A stretch of 64,000 nt of DNA from Macrostomum lignano (lineage: Eukaryota): the NCBI GenBank assembly GCA_002269645.1, contig NIVC01000006.1:124001-188000 (forward strand), in the 5' to 3' direction. A program made the translations under genes and the position numbers. Numbering within the stretch: the stretch's first letter is position 1; each line of letters begins with the position of its first letter. Of this stretch, positions 12,680 through 24,281 are shown piece after piece. The notes under the pieces were generated by a model that searched no databases, was not told the origin of the DNA, and saw nothing but the letters and a program-made list of their open reading frames with translations.

Positions 12680-13506
12680 TGTCACGTTATTGGCGTAGCG
12701 GCCAGCTATGCGGTGACCCTTAAAAGGGCCGTTTTAGTCCCAAAATAAGTTGAAGTCAATTCTTGTAAAGCGGATTTTGTAGCGGAGCACTTGGCGATAA
12801 AGGCAGGAACTGCCGTAGTTGTCTTTATTGTTAATATCAGTATTAAGTTTGGTTGTTACTGGCAATAAACAGACTATAGCTTTCTGGGCACTGGCGGCTG
12901 CAGCAATGGGTTGAATATAATTTGGATATGAAGTCAAGTGGCAGGCGAATGACACAATGGCGACGTGACGTGAGCAGTGGCTATGAGCACCGTGAAGGCA
13001 GTGAAACGTAGTGGTGAGTAGGCGTCGGTCGTGGCGTGAAACAGTCAAGTAAGTGTGTGAGCAGGCTGGCCCAGACAGAAGGGCCGCGGTGAGAAATAAG
13101 GAGGCTCGAGGCAGCCAGACAAACAGATAAGACAGCTAAGAGGCCGCAGGGAAGGAAACAAGGAACAGGCGGGGAGAGACGAAAAAGCGTGAGGGGTGCC
13201 CGCCGCCAGGCGGGGGTTTAATAAAAGAGCGCAGAGGGGGGTAGCGCGAGTACGAGTGATTTCATTGGCTGGCGAGAGAACTTAAAATTATCGATCGTGC
13301 CAATTTTATACGGTTGCGAGAGAGGATAGCAAAATATACAATGAATTATAAATTGCCACAAAATCGTTGGGCACTACTACAAGTAAACGTCGCAATAACC
13401 GAATGGAAAAGTTTAGTTGAAACGGTGAAACTGAAGGGTTGAATGACTATGGAGAACAGCAGTCCAACGGCCCTTTTCGGGACCACCTTAAACTGACAAC
13501 GTCACA
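12680..13506 (-). repeat. 3' LTR
   Basis: Matches 24282-25109 except, by my reading, one 1-bp indel in a G run and one substitution (gagtacgag vs gagcacgag). Confidence 0.97.
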
Positions 13507-13520
13507 CCCGCCTCCCTTCC
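13507..13520 (-). other. Polypurine tract
   Basis: Minus strand GGAAGGGAGGCGGG directly abuts the 3' LTR. Confidence 0.85.
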
Positions 13521-15392
13521 GAAAAAGGATAGGGTCGCGCAAAAAGAAAACCAACACGCGGGGTGACGGCAAGAAAAACACAACGTGACCGCAGTTTATG
13601 AAATTATAGCAGAGTGAATTACAGTGGGGTTGAGTCAGTTTGTATGAGCATATGATTACCGGACAAGACAAAATTACAAAGTTCCAAAGGCTACAGACGA
13701 TTACGAGAGCAGAACATTACAGGGCAGTAGAACACGGTGAGCACGAGCAATACAACATGGTGGTGTTACAAAAACATTACAAAATACAACAATGGTTACG
13801 GAAAGTAGTGCACGACGGAGCGCGCGGCGCGTGCGAACACAAAAACGACAAAGGACGCGCAGAAGTGATACGATGGATGAGGCAAACACAGAACAAGGAT
13901 GACAAGGTGGATGAGGCAAAGGATGCAGAGCAGAGGCACGGAACAGAGGCACAGTCCGGACAACTGCGGCAAACGACGCCAAGCGTCAAGGGCGGCGGGA
14001 CACGGCGCGGCGCGCCAAGGCGGAAGGGAGAACCGGCGCAAGAGCGCCCAAGGCGGAGACACGGCGCAGCGCGCCAAGGCAGAGACGGCGCAATGCGCCA
14101 GGCGGAGAACGGCGCAGCGCGCCAAGGCAGGAAACGGCGCAAGGGCGCCACGCGGGAACGGCGCCACGCGCCAAACAGAGGACGGCGCCACGCGCCAGGC
14201 AGAGGGTGGCGCCACGCGCCAGAGGCAGAGGATGGCGCTACGCGCCAAAGGCAGAGAGAGCGTGCGTGCGGTGTGTGTGTGTGTAGTGCTTACTTTTACC
14301 CCACAAGAATTATATATATCTAGCTACATTATGAAATTTGCGAAATTTAATGACGAGCTACAGCTCATTTCCGACAACAGCGAAAGCGATGCTGCACTCG
14401 TCAATGGGCTGAGCAGCGAACTAAGCTAGCTATATTCTTATAGGCAGAATATTTTTCTCGAGTTTTCAATGGTTGTTTTTTCAGTTTTTATTTTCCTTTT
14501 TGAGTTATTTATGCGTTTCACTCGTCGCCAGTAGGTATGTTTTAATTACTAACCGTATATTGCACATTATATGGTTTCGGGGTATTACTATTAGCGTCAG
14601 AGATGACGCACTTATTCATTTCATCGACTTTGGCAACACCGAACGGGTGCCATTGCTATCAATTATTTTAATCATTTTTGCCATTGCTATAATGTTTATA
14701 CGTGCCCTAGTGTATTTTATCGATTATGGCAACGCCGATGCAGGCAGAGGACGTCTACAGAATATTTTGACAACTAATATATTTATAGTATTCATCTCGT
14801 AATCATTTTTCGACCAATATATGCATTATTTTATGCCATATTTATGCATTAATTTTTTAGTTTACTTTTGAATATTTGAGCTAAGGCTAATGTCTTATCT
14901 ACTATTTGTTTCTAGCGCCGTAGTGTATTCTATAGACTACGGCAACGCCGACCAGGTGCAGTCGGAGTTGGGTGCTGCGATATTATATATATTCTTGCGT
15001 TAGAACAATATAGTATTTATACTGTCGGCATATTATGCTAATTCTGCTAGTGTTTTATTTTTATTTTATTTATTTTAGCTAGCTATATAAATTATCAAAT
15101 TGCAATGTCGCCGCAGTTTATCCCCTTGACTACGGTGGTTGGCTGTTGGCTGGTACAGCTGTGGAAGTTGTGCACACTAGTATCTGGCAGTGAGTAACAG
15201 CTGTGGCTTGTGTTTTGTGGCTTGCGGCTGGCAGATGCCGCAGGGACCTGTGACCAACAGGTGCCACAGGAGGTAGTTTAACGCCTTGCCCGGGGCGTGA
15301 GCTTGCGGTCTACAGGTGCCGCAGAGACCTGTGGCTGACAGGTGCCACAGGAGGTAGTTTTACGCCTTGCCCGGGGCGTGAAAAACTGGCGG

Positions 15393-18300
15393 TTAGTGTC
15401 TGCTTCCCCACTGCTGGAGCAGGTCGGACACTTGACAGGTCCGGTACCTGACAGGCGGGCGGATGGGGCGTCCGTACCTGGATCTGGGTACGTCAGCCGG
15501 GGCTGGTGGCTCAGCTGCTTGCGCAGCGACTGGATTCGCAGCAATCTCAGGTGGTTCTAATTGCTCGGAGGAAGGGTCCCCCAAGGAAGCCGTGTACAGC
15601 GACTCTGAGCTGTCTTGGCTGTGGCTGGTGTCAGTGTCTGTGCTGTCAGTGTCAGTGTCTGGTTGTGGCTGTCCCTCAATAGCTACAGCATCGCCAGCTT
15701 CGGCGAATGGTTGGCCTTCTCCCGCTTCAGCTCCCGCCCCCTCCTCAAAGGCGCCTGAAGCTGGCGGTGGTGGATTTGGCCCTGGCGCTCTGCGTGGGCT
15801 CTCTGGCCGGGCAGAGGAAGGCTGGGGAATGGTGACGAGGCTAAGCTCGCTCGCGGGTCCGCTGGGCGGGTTCACACTAGGCGCTGGAGACCTGGCATGG
15901 GTGGCCTCACCATACCGGTCAACTACGTCTTGGTAAGTGGGCTGTCTGATGCACGGTTTGAGGCGGTCAATGTTGTAAATGTTATGGCGCGGATTTGGCA
16001 CCCGATCTGCTGGGTTTAGGAGACCATACTCGGGGACTAAACGGTAAGTCCGCTCGGAGCAGCGCTGCACTACTCGGTATGGCCCCAACCACACAGCGGG
16101 TTCTATGCCCTTGTGGTTCGGGTTCAAGACCCAGACTAACTCTCCCTCGTGGAACTCAGCGCGGAGGGCGCGGCGGTCGTAATACCTTTTCTGCCTCTCC
16201 TGGGCTTTACCCCTAGTGCGGCGGGCTAGGGCAGAGGTTTCGACTAGCGTGCGGTGCAACTGGTGGGCGTACCTCTCCGGCTGGTAGTGTTCATTTGGCG
16301 GTGGATTGTGACAGAGGTCGAGCGGTAGTTCGAACTCACGCCCGAAGAAAAGTTTGGCTGGAGTAAATCCGGTGGATTCGGCGACTGTGGCACGGATTGA
16401 CAGGGCGGCCAGGCGGCTGGCAAGGGGCCAGTCGCATTGTCTCTCAAGACAGATGGCTCTAATCTGGGCTTTCACCGTCTGGATCATCCTCTCAGCTTTA
16501 CCGTTAGCCTGAGGGCGACGGGCTGTGATCCGACCCATGTCAATCTGTAGGAGCCTAGTTAATTCTATCATGGTACTATTGATGAAGGCAGTTCCGTTAT
16601 CAGACACCAGCTGCTCCATCACCCCATACCTGGCAACCCATTCAGTCAGGATGGTTGTGGCAGTGGTCTCTGCGCTGACGTCGGGAACAGGGACTACTTC
16701 AACAAACCCGGTGAACCTGTCGATCATAACCAGCAGGTACTTGTACCCGTCACACTCTTCGAACGGGCCTGCGTGGTCCACGTGGACAACCTGGTTCGGG
16801 TAGCCGGACAGTTCTGGTTGCATAGGGGCCTTGAGCTTACGCTTTGACTTCTTAGTCTTAGCGCAAACGGTGCATTCGGCCAGGACCCCCTTGACTATAG
16901 TATCTAAGTCGGAAATAACGAAGCGCGCCTTCAGGGCGGCCATCGTCTTGGTGATACCGCAATGGTTCAACTGGCCATGATACTGAAGGACCAGATGACC
17001 GACGTCTGCGGTCTCAGGCACCACCAGGCGCCTGTTGGCAGTCTTGGCTTTGGAGGATTTGGCTAAGTACAATAGACCCTCGACTACTTCAAGGTCATTG
17101 AATTGAGCCCAGAGTGCGCGCATTTCCCGGCTACAACCCTGCAGTTCGGCCTTGGACAATGGCTCAGTCTTACACTGGACACTGGCGATTAGGCGCGCCA
17201 TGTCAACACAGGAGTCCTGGGCATTCTGGGCCCAGATGAGCTCAGGTGGCACTTGGGATTCGGTGTCAGGTTGACGGGATTCAGTCTCTGGGCTAGGAAC
17301 AGCACCGCTAGCAGTAGCGCGGACATTCGGCGTTGGTTCAGCCGGGGCATCTGTGTCAGTCTGACACGCTACGCTAATGCCTATGGTCTGGACGCACACC
17401 TGACGCAGTTCTCTAGAGGGGGGCGTACGCCGGTGCTTTGGGTCTTGGTCCAGGAATTTCCCTTTAAATTCCGGAATCTGGCTGCACGTCGGGCAGTCAA
17501 AGTGATCGGCTCTGAATTTTGGCAGTCTACTAAGAGCGTCAGCAGGCACGTGGTCAACGCCTGGACGGTACTGGACTGTGAAATCGTATTCGGCTATTCG
17601 TTCTAGAGTGGACTGCTGGACCTTCAGCGGGTACAGTTCAATGGTGGCAAGCCATTGGGCCAGCATACCAGTGGCATGCTTCTTAGAATGCAGCCATTTG
17701 AGCGCGGCCGCGTCCACCCGGACAGTGAAAGGCTTGTCTAATAGATAAGGACGGAAATGCTCGAGCATCAGAACGAGCCCTAGCAACTCCCTCATGGTGG
17801 CGCAGTAGTTTCTCTGGCTATTGTTGAATTTTTTGGATGCGTAAGCTATAACTTGCTCTTGGCCATCTGGCCCGAGCTGGTACAGCACACCCCCAGTGCC
17901 GTCAAGCGAGCTATCGCAGTCCAAAATAAATTCGCGCCCTTTGGCAGAGAGGTCTGGATACGCCAGAATCGGTGGTGAACAGAGGCTATGTTTGAGTTCT
18001 TGGAAAGCCCGTTCATGATGCGGTTGCCATAGAAACGGAGCATCCTTTTTGGCTAAGGCATACAAAGGCGTGGCGATGATTGAGAATCGCGGCACGAATT
18101 TCCGGTAATAATTCGCAAATCCCAAGAATGATAGAAGCTGTTTCTTAGAAAGCGGTTTAGGCCAGTCTTGGACAGCCTGAGTCTTCGCTGGGTCAGCCTC
18201 AATGCCCCGGCTAGACACAACGAACCCCAGGAATGCGACCTTGTCCTTAAACAGCTCACACTTAGACGGCTTAATTTTGAGACCGGCTTTTCTAAGCTGC

Positions 18301-19792
18301 CAGAGGACCAGCGCGAGATGCGCGATCATTTGGTCGTTGTTGACAGCCTTAATGATAATGTCGTCTAAATAGATGAGGCTGACCTTCATCAGGAGAGGTC
18401 TAAACACCTTGTGCATCAGTTTCGCGAAATTGGCAGGTGCCGTCTTGATCCCGAATGGTACTACCTTCCAGCGGAAGGTGCCTTGGGGGCAGGCAAAGGC
18501 GGTGTAATCTCTAGCCTCCTCTTTGATCCCTACCTGCCAGTACGCGGAGGTCAGGTCAAGGCTAGAGAATACAGTGGCCCCGGCAAGGCTGTCAAAAGAT
18601 TCTTCTATGAGTGGCAGAGGGAAGCTACACGGCTTGATGAGCTTATTGACGGCCCTATAGTCTATGCAAAGGCGTTGAGTGCCGTCCTTCTTCTTGACCA
18701 GAACGATAGGCGACACCCAGTCAGAGTCGCACTCCTCAATGACCCCCTGTTCGAGCATCTGCGCTATGTTCTGGTCTAAGAATTCTTTTTGTGCTGGCGT
18801 GGTGCGCCTGTATGGTTGCGCAACAGGCTTGGCCTTAGGATCTATTAACTCTATGCCCATCTCGTGTAAATTGGTGTGGCCTAAATCTGCGTTTGATCTA
18901 GAAATTTGGCTATTGAAGTAGTTGAGCAGTTTCAAAACGGTGGCGAGTTGGCCCCTAGACAATTTGGCTTGGTCTAGTTGGAACTGCGTTGTCAGCCATT
19001 TGGCTAACTCCCTACTAGGCGGCGGCAGCTTACTGAGTTGGCTGGTGAGGTTAGCTACATTGTCCAGGCTAAAGTCAGACTCCTTCAGGGTCGTCTGAGC
19101 TATGACCTCATGACTATCTAATTCCTGGAATGAGGCAATTTCTTGCCCCCTAGTTATCTGAATAGGCTGTTCCCCACTGTTGAGCACGCGCACTAGTATG
19201 TGGTTAGTATCGCTAACTGAGTCTAGAGTCTTGGCTACCAACTGTTCGGTCTCTGGTCCGAGGATCCGGGACATGACTATACCGGAGGTGTACGGCGAAG
19301 AGTCGAGGACACGACTGGGGATCAAGGTTTCCGAGTGCGGGGGCAATTCTACGGTGCCGGCGGCCATCACTCGTCGGAGTTGGAAAATCCCCTTGTCCCC
19401 CTCAATGACTGGTACCGACACCCCTGCTACTAAAGCTCGGCCAGAGTTGAAGTCTAGCAGCATCTCGAAGCTGCGCAGGAAATCCATGCCTAACAGGGCT
19501 TCCGTGGTACAGTAAGCAGTGACTAGGAATACATGTTGTTTAGTCGTATTACCTAAGTTGATTTCGCAGCGTAGCGACCCTAGGATGTCTACCTGAGAGC
19601 CGCCGAAGGCGGTGGCACGCTGCTTATTGGCACTAGGCGTGAATATGTTATTGACGGGGTCAGCTGCGACCAGTTTGGCTTTCACGTCAGCACCCATGAT
19701 GCTGGCATTGGCGCCTGAGTCTAGACAGGCCAGAACTTTAGAGTCTCCTACTCCTAGCTGCACGAAATAGCTAGACTCAAAGGTGTCAGCTG
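15393..19792 (-). CDS. pol: Gypsy pol: aspartic protease, reverse transcriptase, RNase H, integrase
   Basis: LDSGA (PR); RLCIDYRAVN, PFG and YLDD (RT); LDCDSS...ELL (RH); H-x5-H...CTVC zinc finger and VHVD/VSDNG/KAER DDE motifs (INT). No chromodomain seen. Confidence 0.97.
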
Positions 19793-19855
19793 CATACATG
19801 CGCAACTGCTGGCCGACCTGGCCGATCCGGCCACCGTAAATCGTGGCTGACCAGG

Positions 19856-20620
19856 GGTAAGTCGCAAAATTGAGTCAACCAAAAACCAAAAAACACAAGA
19901 ACCAAGACAGGCAAGAGGAAAGCGAAAGAAAGAGCAGTTCAGGGAAAATGGTGAAGCAAAAGAAAAACAATTCGCAAAAGAAGCAAACTAAGTTGTAAAA
20001 ATAATCAGGTAAGTTGCAAAAAGGATCAGGTAAGTCGCAAAAGAAGCAAACTAAGTCGCAAAAAGGATCAGGTAATTCGCAACAGGAATCAGGTAAGTCG
20101 CAAAAGAAGCAAACTAAGTCGCAAAAAGGATCAGGTAAGTCGAAAAAGGGTTAGGTAAGTCGCAAAAAGGATTAGGTAAGTCCCAAAAAGGATTAGGTAA
20201 GTCGCAAAAAGGATTAGGTAAGTCGCAAAAAGGATCAGGTAAGTCGCAAAAAGAATCAGGTAAGTTGCAAAAGGATCAGCTAAGTAGCAAAAGGGTTAGG
20301 TAAGTCGCAAAAGGGTTAGGTAAGTCGCAAAAGGATTAGGTAAGTCGCAAAAAGGATTAAGTAAGTCGCAAAAAGGATTAGGTAAGTCGCAAAAAGGATT
20401 AGGTTAGTCACAAAGGGTTAGGTAAGTCGCAAAAGGATTAAGTAAGTCGCAAAAAGGATTAAGTAAGTCGCAAAAAGGATTAGGTAAGTCGCAAAAGGGT
20501 TAGGTAAGTCGTAAAAGGATTAGGTAAGTCGCAAAAAGGATTAAGTAAGTCGCAAAAAGGATTAGGTAAGTCGCAAAAAGAAGCAACTAAGTCGCAATAA
20601 GAGGGAAGTAAGTCACAATC
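19856..20620. repeat. ~20-21-bp satellite (ggtaagtcgcaaaaaggatta) inside the nested transposon
   Basis: About 30 degenerate units; the taagtcgca motif recurs near the other end (22043-22075). Confidence 0.9.
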
Positions 20621-20859
20621 AGAGGCAATCAGGGGGTAGTAGGTGCAAGTGTGGCAGGAGAGCAAAAACAGAATAGAAGCCTTCAACCACAGACAAGATC
20701 TTTGAAATCAGAAGCCCGCGTCAACAGTTTCCCATTGATTTCTTAAACTCTGGAGCAGGGGTTGGCAAACTCCGGCTCGCGAAGCCCCTCTATCTGGCCC
20801 TCGCCCCTCGGGTTCTTTGAAACTTCCTAACTACGAGTAGCAAGGTTGGTGTCTCTTCA

Positions 20860-21520
20860 ACTCTCATCTCTCTCTTCTTCTCTACCTTGCCTCCCCTCTT
20901 CTCTCTCTCCCCCCTTTTCCCTCTTCTCTCTCCTCTCATTTTTACTCTCCTCTCTTCTCCCCCTTTCTCTCTACCCTTTCTCCTCAATGCCCTCTTCTCT
21001 CCTCTTATCTTCAGCAAAAATATGTGCATATTTTCTTACTTCAAAGTAGAGGGAATAGAAGATTAGAGATAAGCAAACAGAGGGGAGGCGAGCGATGCGA
21101 TGGGAGAAAAGATAGAAGAGGAGAGAAAAGCTGAGGGAGGAAAAAGAGATGAGAGAGAAGAGGAGATGAGAGGAAAGAGGAAAGAAAAGATGATGGATGA
21201 GATCAGAAGAGAGGAAAGAGGAGAGAGTAGATGAGAGAAGAGAGGATAAAGAGGAGATGAGAGGAGAGTGAAGAGAGGAGAGATGAGAAAGTAGAAAAGA
21301 GAGAAGAGATAAGATGAGAGAGTAGAGTGGAGAGAGACGAGAGGGAAGATAAGATGAGAGAGTAGAGTGGAATGGAGAGAGACGAGAGAAGAGATAAGAA
21401 TGTAGAGAGGAGACAGAAGAGATAGGAGAGGAGAGGAAAGAGAGGAGAGAGGAGAGGAAAGAGAGAAGGGATAAGGGATGAGAGAGAAAAGAAAAAGAGG
21501 ATGAGAAGATTGAGAAATGG
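20860..21520. repeat. CT-rich then GA-rich low-complexity tract
   Basis: Directly visible; source of spurious S/L/P-rich ORFs. Confidence 0.9.
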
Positions 21521-22110
21521 AGAGAATTTGCAAAGGCCTCAAATCTTAGTTTAACATGCATTACTCCCATCTTTGCCTTTTTCCTAACTGTTAACAAGTT
21601 TTGTTTTGAGCATGACTTCAAATTTAGAATCTATGCAAAAATAGTTCCGGGAATTAGAATTCAGTGGTTTAAAAATCTGTGGGTTTTCACAGCTTGTATC
21701 TCTACTGGATTCGTATTCTGCATCTGATGAGCCATCTGAATCAGGGCTCTCATCTTCCATGCCAAATCGTCTAGCAAATCGTTCTTGAGCTATAGGTCAC
21801 ACTGTATTCACTTCACTTACTTTTGGACATTCATGAATCATGACTTTTGTAGTATGCTCACTACACTGTACTGACAATTTACTAATTGCTTCATGCCGCC
21901 ACTAGATGACATACTGATTAGCTGTTATAAAAACGCGGAATCTGCACGCAGCACTAATTAGCTGGCGAGGCATTTAGCTTTAAAAATATGGTCATAGTTA
22001 CTCCTGCCGTTTACCTAAAGTTTTTGCTTGGCTCTTTCATAGGTAAGTCGCATTTTTTATCGAAAACTAAGTCGCACGGCCAGCGTAATTTCAGAAGTTG
22101 CGCATGTATG

Positions 22111-23477
22111 GTCAGCTGTGTACCCCCCTTGTCGGCATTGTGGATCACTGTCCCCTGGCTGAGGTTGCACATTACAGGCCTTGTCGTGCTGGCGCCCGGG
22201 GTCGACCTGGCGCTGGAATTTCACCCTAGTCCCCCTAAGGCGGTGCTGCTCGACTAGGCTACGCAGGCTGGGAGACAGTTGGCTAATGTGAACGAACAAT
22301 TTCTCTGGCAGGTGCTCAGATTGGATGAACCCGTAATTCTGAGACCATGTGGCAATGGTTCCTAGTTCAGTCGTGACTTTTCCACGGCTGGGCTGCTGAT
22401 TTTGGCTCCCCCGGGGCTGCTTTGGCGACTGTGGCCTCGGCGAGGGCGATGGACAGTCAGCGATCAGGTGATCGGTCTGGCCGCATCGATGGCAAGCCCG
22501 CGGAGGGCGAGGAGCTGGCCTAGGTTGTCTATAGGTTTGGCTAACTTGTGGTGGGCCCCCAGTGGGCTCTGTGCGAGCGGGCCCCTGATTGGTAGTGACA
22601 GGCGGAGTGGTCTGGCTTAATCTATTGGCTTGGTCGGTCACCATCTTCTCAAGCTCAGCGACCCTCTGTTCTAACGCTTTCTTCTCAGCGTCAGGTTCTA
22701 TGGCACGAACCTTGGCTATAGTAGAAGGCACGTTCAGAAGCTGGCGGACCCCGACAAGATCTTTGGCCTTCTGCATCAGCTCTTCTGCAGAGGTGGCACT
22801 GTCGGTTTCCTGATCCCATAAGAGGAGCTTTTCGGCGAGGTCCTTATCCCTCAGCCCATGGCAGAATCTGGCCTTGAGTAGGGGCTTCGCTTCAGCGAGC
22901 GAGAGACCCGCTAGTCTAGAATAGGAGACCAGTCTGTCGAAGACATCTGCTCATTATGAGATTGGGCGGCAGCAACTAATTCTACGTAGGCCTTGTCCTT
23001 CTTCTTGGCATCGGTGTACCTTTCCCTGAGCAGCCGAAGCGCAGATTCGAAAGGCAACTGGTCACACCGGTAATTAAGATATACCTCTTGGCATTCGGCT
23101 GACAGCAAAGATACGAGAATGGCGGACTTCTGGTCCTCAGGAACGCGGCAAGTGGCTAGATACGAAGTAAGCTGAGCTTCCCACGTATCAAAGTTCATCT
23201 TCGGCTGATAAGCGATTGGAGGGCGAAGGCGTATGTCTGGCTTCGCAGGCGGCGAGGAATTTGGCGCTAATGGCGAGGAAACAGCGAGACGCTCTTCGAG
23301 CATCCGGTGAAGAGAGGCTAAGGTTTGAGTCAACAAGAGTTGCTCACTAGGAGCTGGCGCGGCGGCAGCAGCTGCGCCTGCTGGCTGCTCGCCGGCATCG
23401 ACTGCGTCCTGATCTGGCACGGCGGCATCTCCGTCAGCCAATGACGCTGCGGCATGGTTGTCCCCGTTGTCGGACAT
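22111..23477 (-). pseudogene. gag: Gypsy gag (capsid-like region, CCHC knuckle, cold-shock domain), frameshifted near 22950
   Basis: ATG at 23477. The frame switches at ...SHNE/DVFDRLVSYSRLAG.... CHRCGQTDHLIADC knuckle at 22453-22494. The frame joins pol once the nested element is removed. Confidence 0.88.
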
Positions 23478-23868
23478 TGTGTAAGGTTGAGTGAGACAAA
23501 TGAATCAAGCGTGAACGAAAATAAGGCTCCAGAGAAAACGAATTGAGGTTGATGACGCGAGAGAGACGAGAGAGATTGCGTCCTACTAACAAAATACGTG
23601 CCTGACAGGGGCAAACCGCAAAAAGCCTATAATAGGGGAGAGTCCTATCACGCAAACCACCCAGACTAACTGTCAGGCAATAGTCCCTACAAACAATCAG
23701 CGCACAGCGTAACCTGGCGTGGCTTGGCACACGCAGCGGAGCTATCTTGGCAGAGCGTAAGCTCGAGCTCAACGCAGTTGACAGCGCGCGTTGCTCAGGG
23801 CGACGACCAGCGACGACTCGCGGCGACGAGCGAAGACCGGCCGAGCAGTCAGGACCCCTGGGCCTGAC

Positions 23869-24270
23869 GTGGCACAGGCTCTCGTAGCCTTGCGGACCGA
23901 ACCTCAGGCGTGGCACAGGCTCTCGCGGCCTTGCGGACCGAACCTCAGGCGTGGCACAGGCTCTCGTAGCCTTGCGGACCGAACCTCAGGCGTGGCACAG
24001 GCTCTCGCAGCCTTGCGGACCGTCAGGCAGAAACGTGGCAGGCCGGCACTCAGTCACGAGCCGGCAGAGCTGAGCAGAATCTTGCTGACGCTTGGTTGCG
24101 AGCTGGCAGGGCTGAGCAGAAGTCTTGATGGCGCTGATTACGAGCTGGCAGGGCTGAGCAGAAGTCTTGATGGCACTGACTTAGTTGCGAGCCGGCAGTG
24201 CTGAGTAGGAGTCTCGGTGGTGCTGACTTAGTTGCGAGCCGGCAGTGCTGAGTAGGAGTCTCGGTGGGAC
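23869..24270. repeat. Short tandem repeats in the retrotransposon 5' leader (~41-bp x4; ~42-48-bp pairs)
   Basis: cgtggcacaggctctcgtagccttgcggaccgaacctcagg units; gagctggcagggctgagcagaagtcttgatggc and gacttagttgcgagccggcagtgctgagtaggagtctcggtgg pairs. Confidence 0.85.
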
Positions 24271-24275
24271 CTCCA
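24258..24275 (-). other. Primer-binding site complementary to the tRNA-Gln 3' end
   Basis: Plus strand GTCTCGGTGGGACCTCCA matches the conserved 3' end of metazoan tRNA-Gln including CCA (from memory); 6 nt from the LTR. Confidence 0.85.
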
Positions 24276-24281
24276 AAATTA

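Larger units (their letters stand above)
19793..22110. mobile_element. Nested non-autonomous DNA transposon (hAT- or P-like) inserted at the gag/pol junction
   Basis: 15-bp TIR CATACATGCGCAACT; 8-bp TSD GTCAGCTG (19785-19792, 22111-22118); interior is satellite and low-complexity DNA with no transposase ORF. Confidence 0.9.

Noticed and set aside
12734-13048. Identical 104-aa ORF in both LTRs (also 24336-24650)
   Set aside because: Non-ATG start, no recognisable domain; duplicated only because the LTRs are duplicated.
13640-14429. Antisense 227-aa and 176-aa ORFs in the retrotransposon 3' region (possible env or accessory gene)
   Set aside because: Dominated by a GC-rich gcgccaaggcagagacgg repeat; no signal peptide, TM segment or domain recognised. 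Only the neighbouring Tudor-like motifs were kept.
20757-21680. hAT-like termini (cagggggttggcaaact; cagtggtttaaaaa) inside the nested element
   Set aside because: Both are in the same orientation with no matching inverted end or TSD, so no discrete element can be defined.
22911-22955. Programmed ribosomal frameshift within gag
   Set aside because: No slippery heptamer is visible and the site is mid-capsid; a mutation or sequencing error is more likely.
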